Source: Octopus bimaculoides
Lineage: Eukaryota
Assembly: GCF_001194135.2 (NCBI RefSeq)
Contig: NC_068996.1
Coordinates: forward strand, 50,449,187-50,513,186
Direction of reading: 5' to 3'
DNA length: 64,000 nucleotides
Part shown: piece by piece, positions 63,941 through 64,000 of the stretch
Layout: every line of letters starts with the position of its first letter
Numbering within the stretch: position 1 is the stretch's first letter
Program-made: the position numbers and the translations under genes
Notes under the pieces: model-generated
Databases searched by the model: none
Seen by the model: only the letters and a program-made list of their open reading frames with translations
Told to the model about the DNA's origin: nothing

Positions 63941-64000
63941 CAGGGTGCGGTGAATAAATTGTCATCTAAATTACACAAAACTGAAAATAATACTGACGTC
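63941..64000 (+). mobile_element. Start of a Tc1/mariner-type element, cut by the window end
   Basis: TA|CAGGGTGCGGTGAATAAATTGTC directly after a gap. Confidence 0.5.

Overview
AT-rich, microsatellite-rich animal genomic DNA from a gapped draft assembly. It is most likely an octopus; this is inferred from repeat families I recognise from octopus genomes and was not checked by search. The only host gene I can support is the 5' part of BCKDK (branched-chain alpha-ketoacid dehydrogenase kinase) on the + strand. Seven coding exons (195, 69, 111, 48, 120, 99 and 74 nt; all GT-AG) span 18580-60839 and encode the first 238 aa; the ATP-binding domain exons lie beyond the window. A CpG-retaining promoter region with an E-box cluster sits at about 17.4 kb. 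The rest is mobile DNA and simple repeats: a decayed Chapaev3/CMC-type transposon, a maT/Tc1-mariner remnant, Penelope-like GIY-YIG remnants, many RTE-LINE 3' ends, three tRNA-derived SINE families, and piggyBac, hAT and pogo-type MITEs. No prokaryotic system, CRISPR array, rRNA or intact tRNA gene was seen. The main leads are: (1) a young Merlin-type MITE with 81-bp TIRs, a perfect 9-bp TSD and inward telomeric hexamers; (2) minimal hammerhead ribozyme motifs in BCKDK introns; (3) wild-type Gly174, at the position of the human disease allele c.520C>G/R174G; (4) an in-frame uORF separated from the CDS only by TAG-TAG, a possible A-to-I read-through switch; (5) a fold-back of a transposase 5' end. 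Comparisons with human BCKDK and family signatures come from memory and need checking by alignment.
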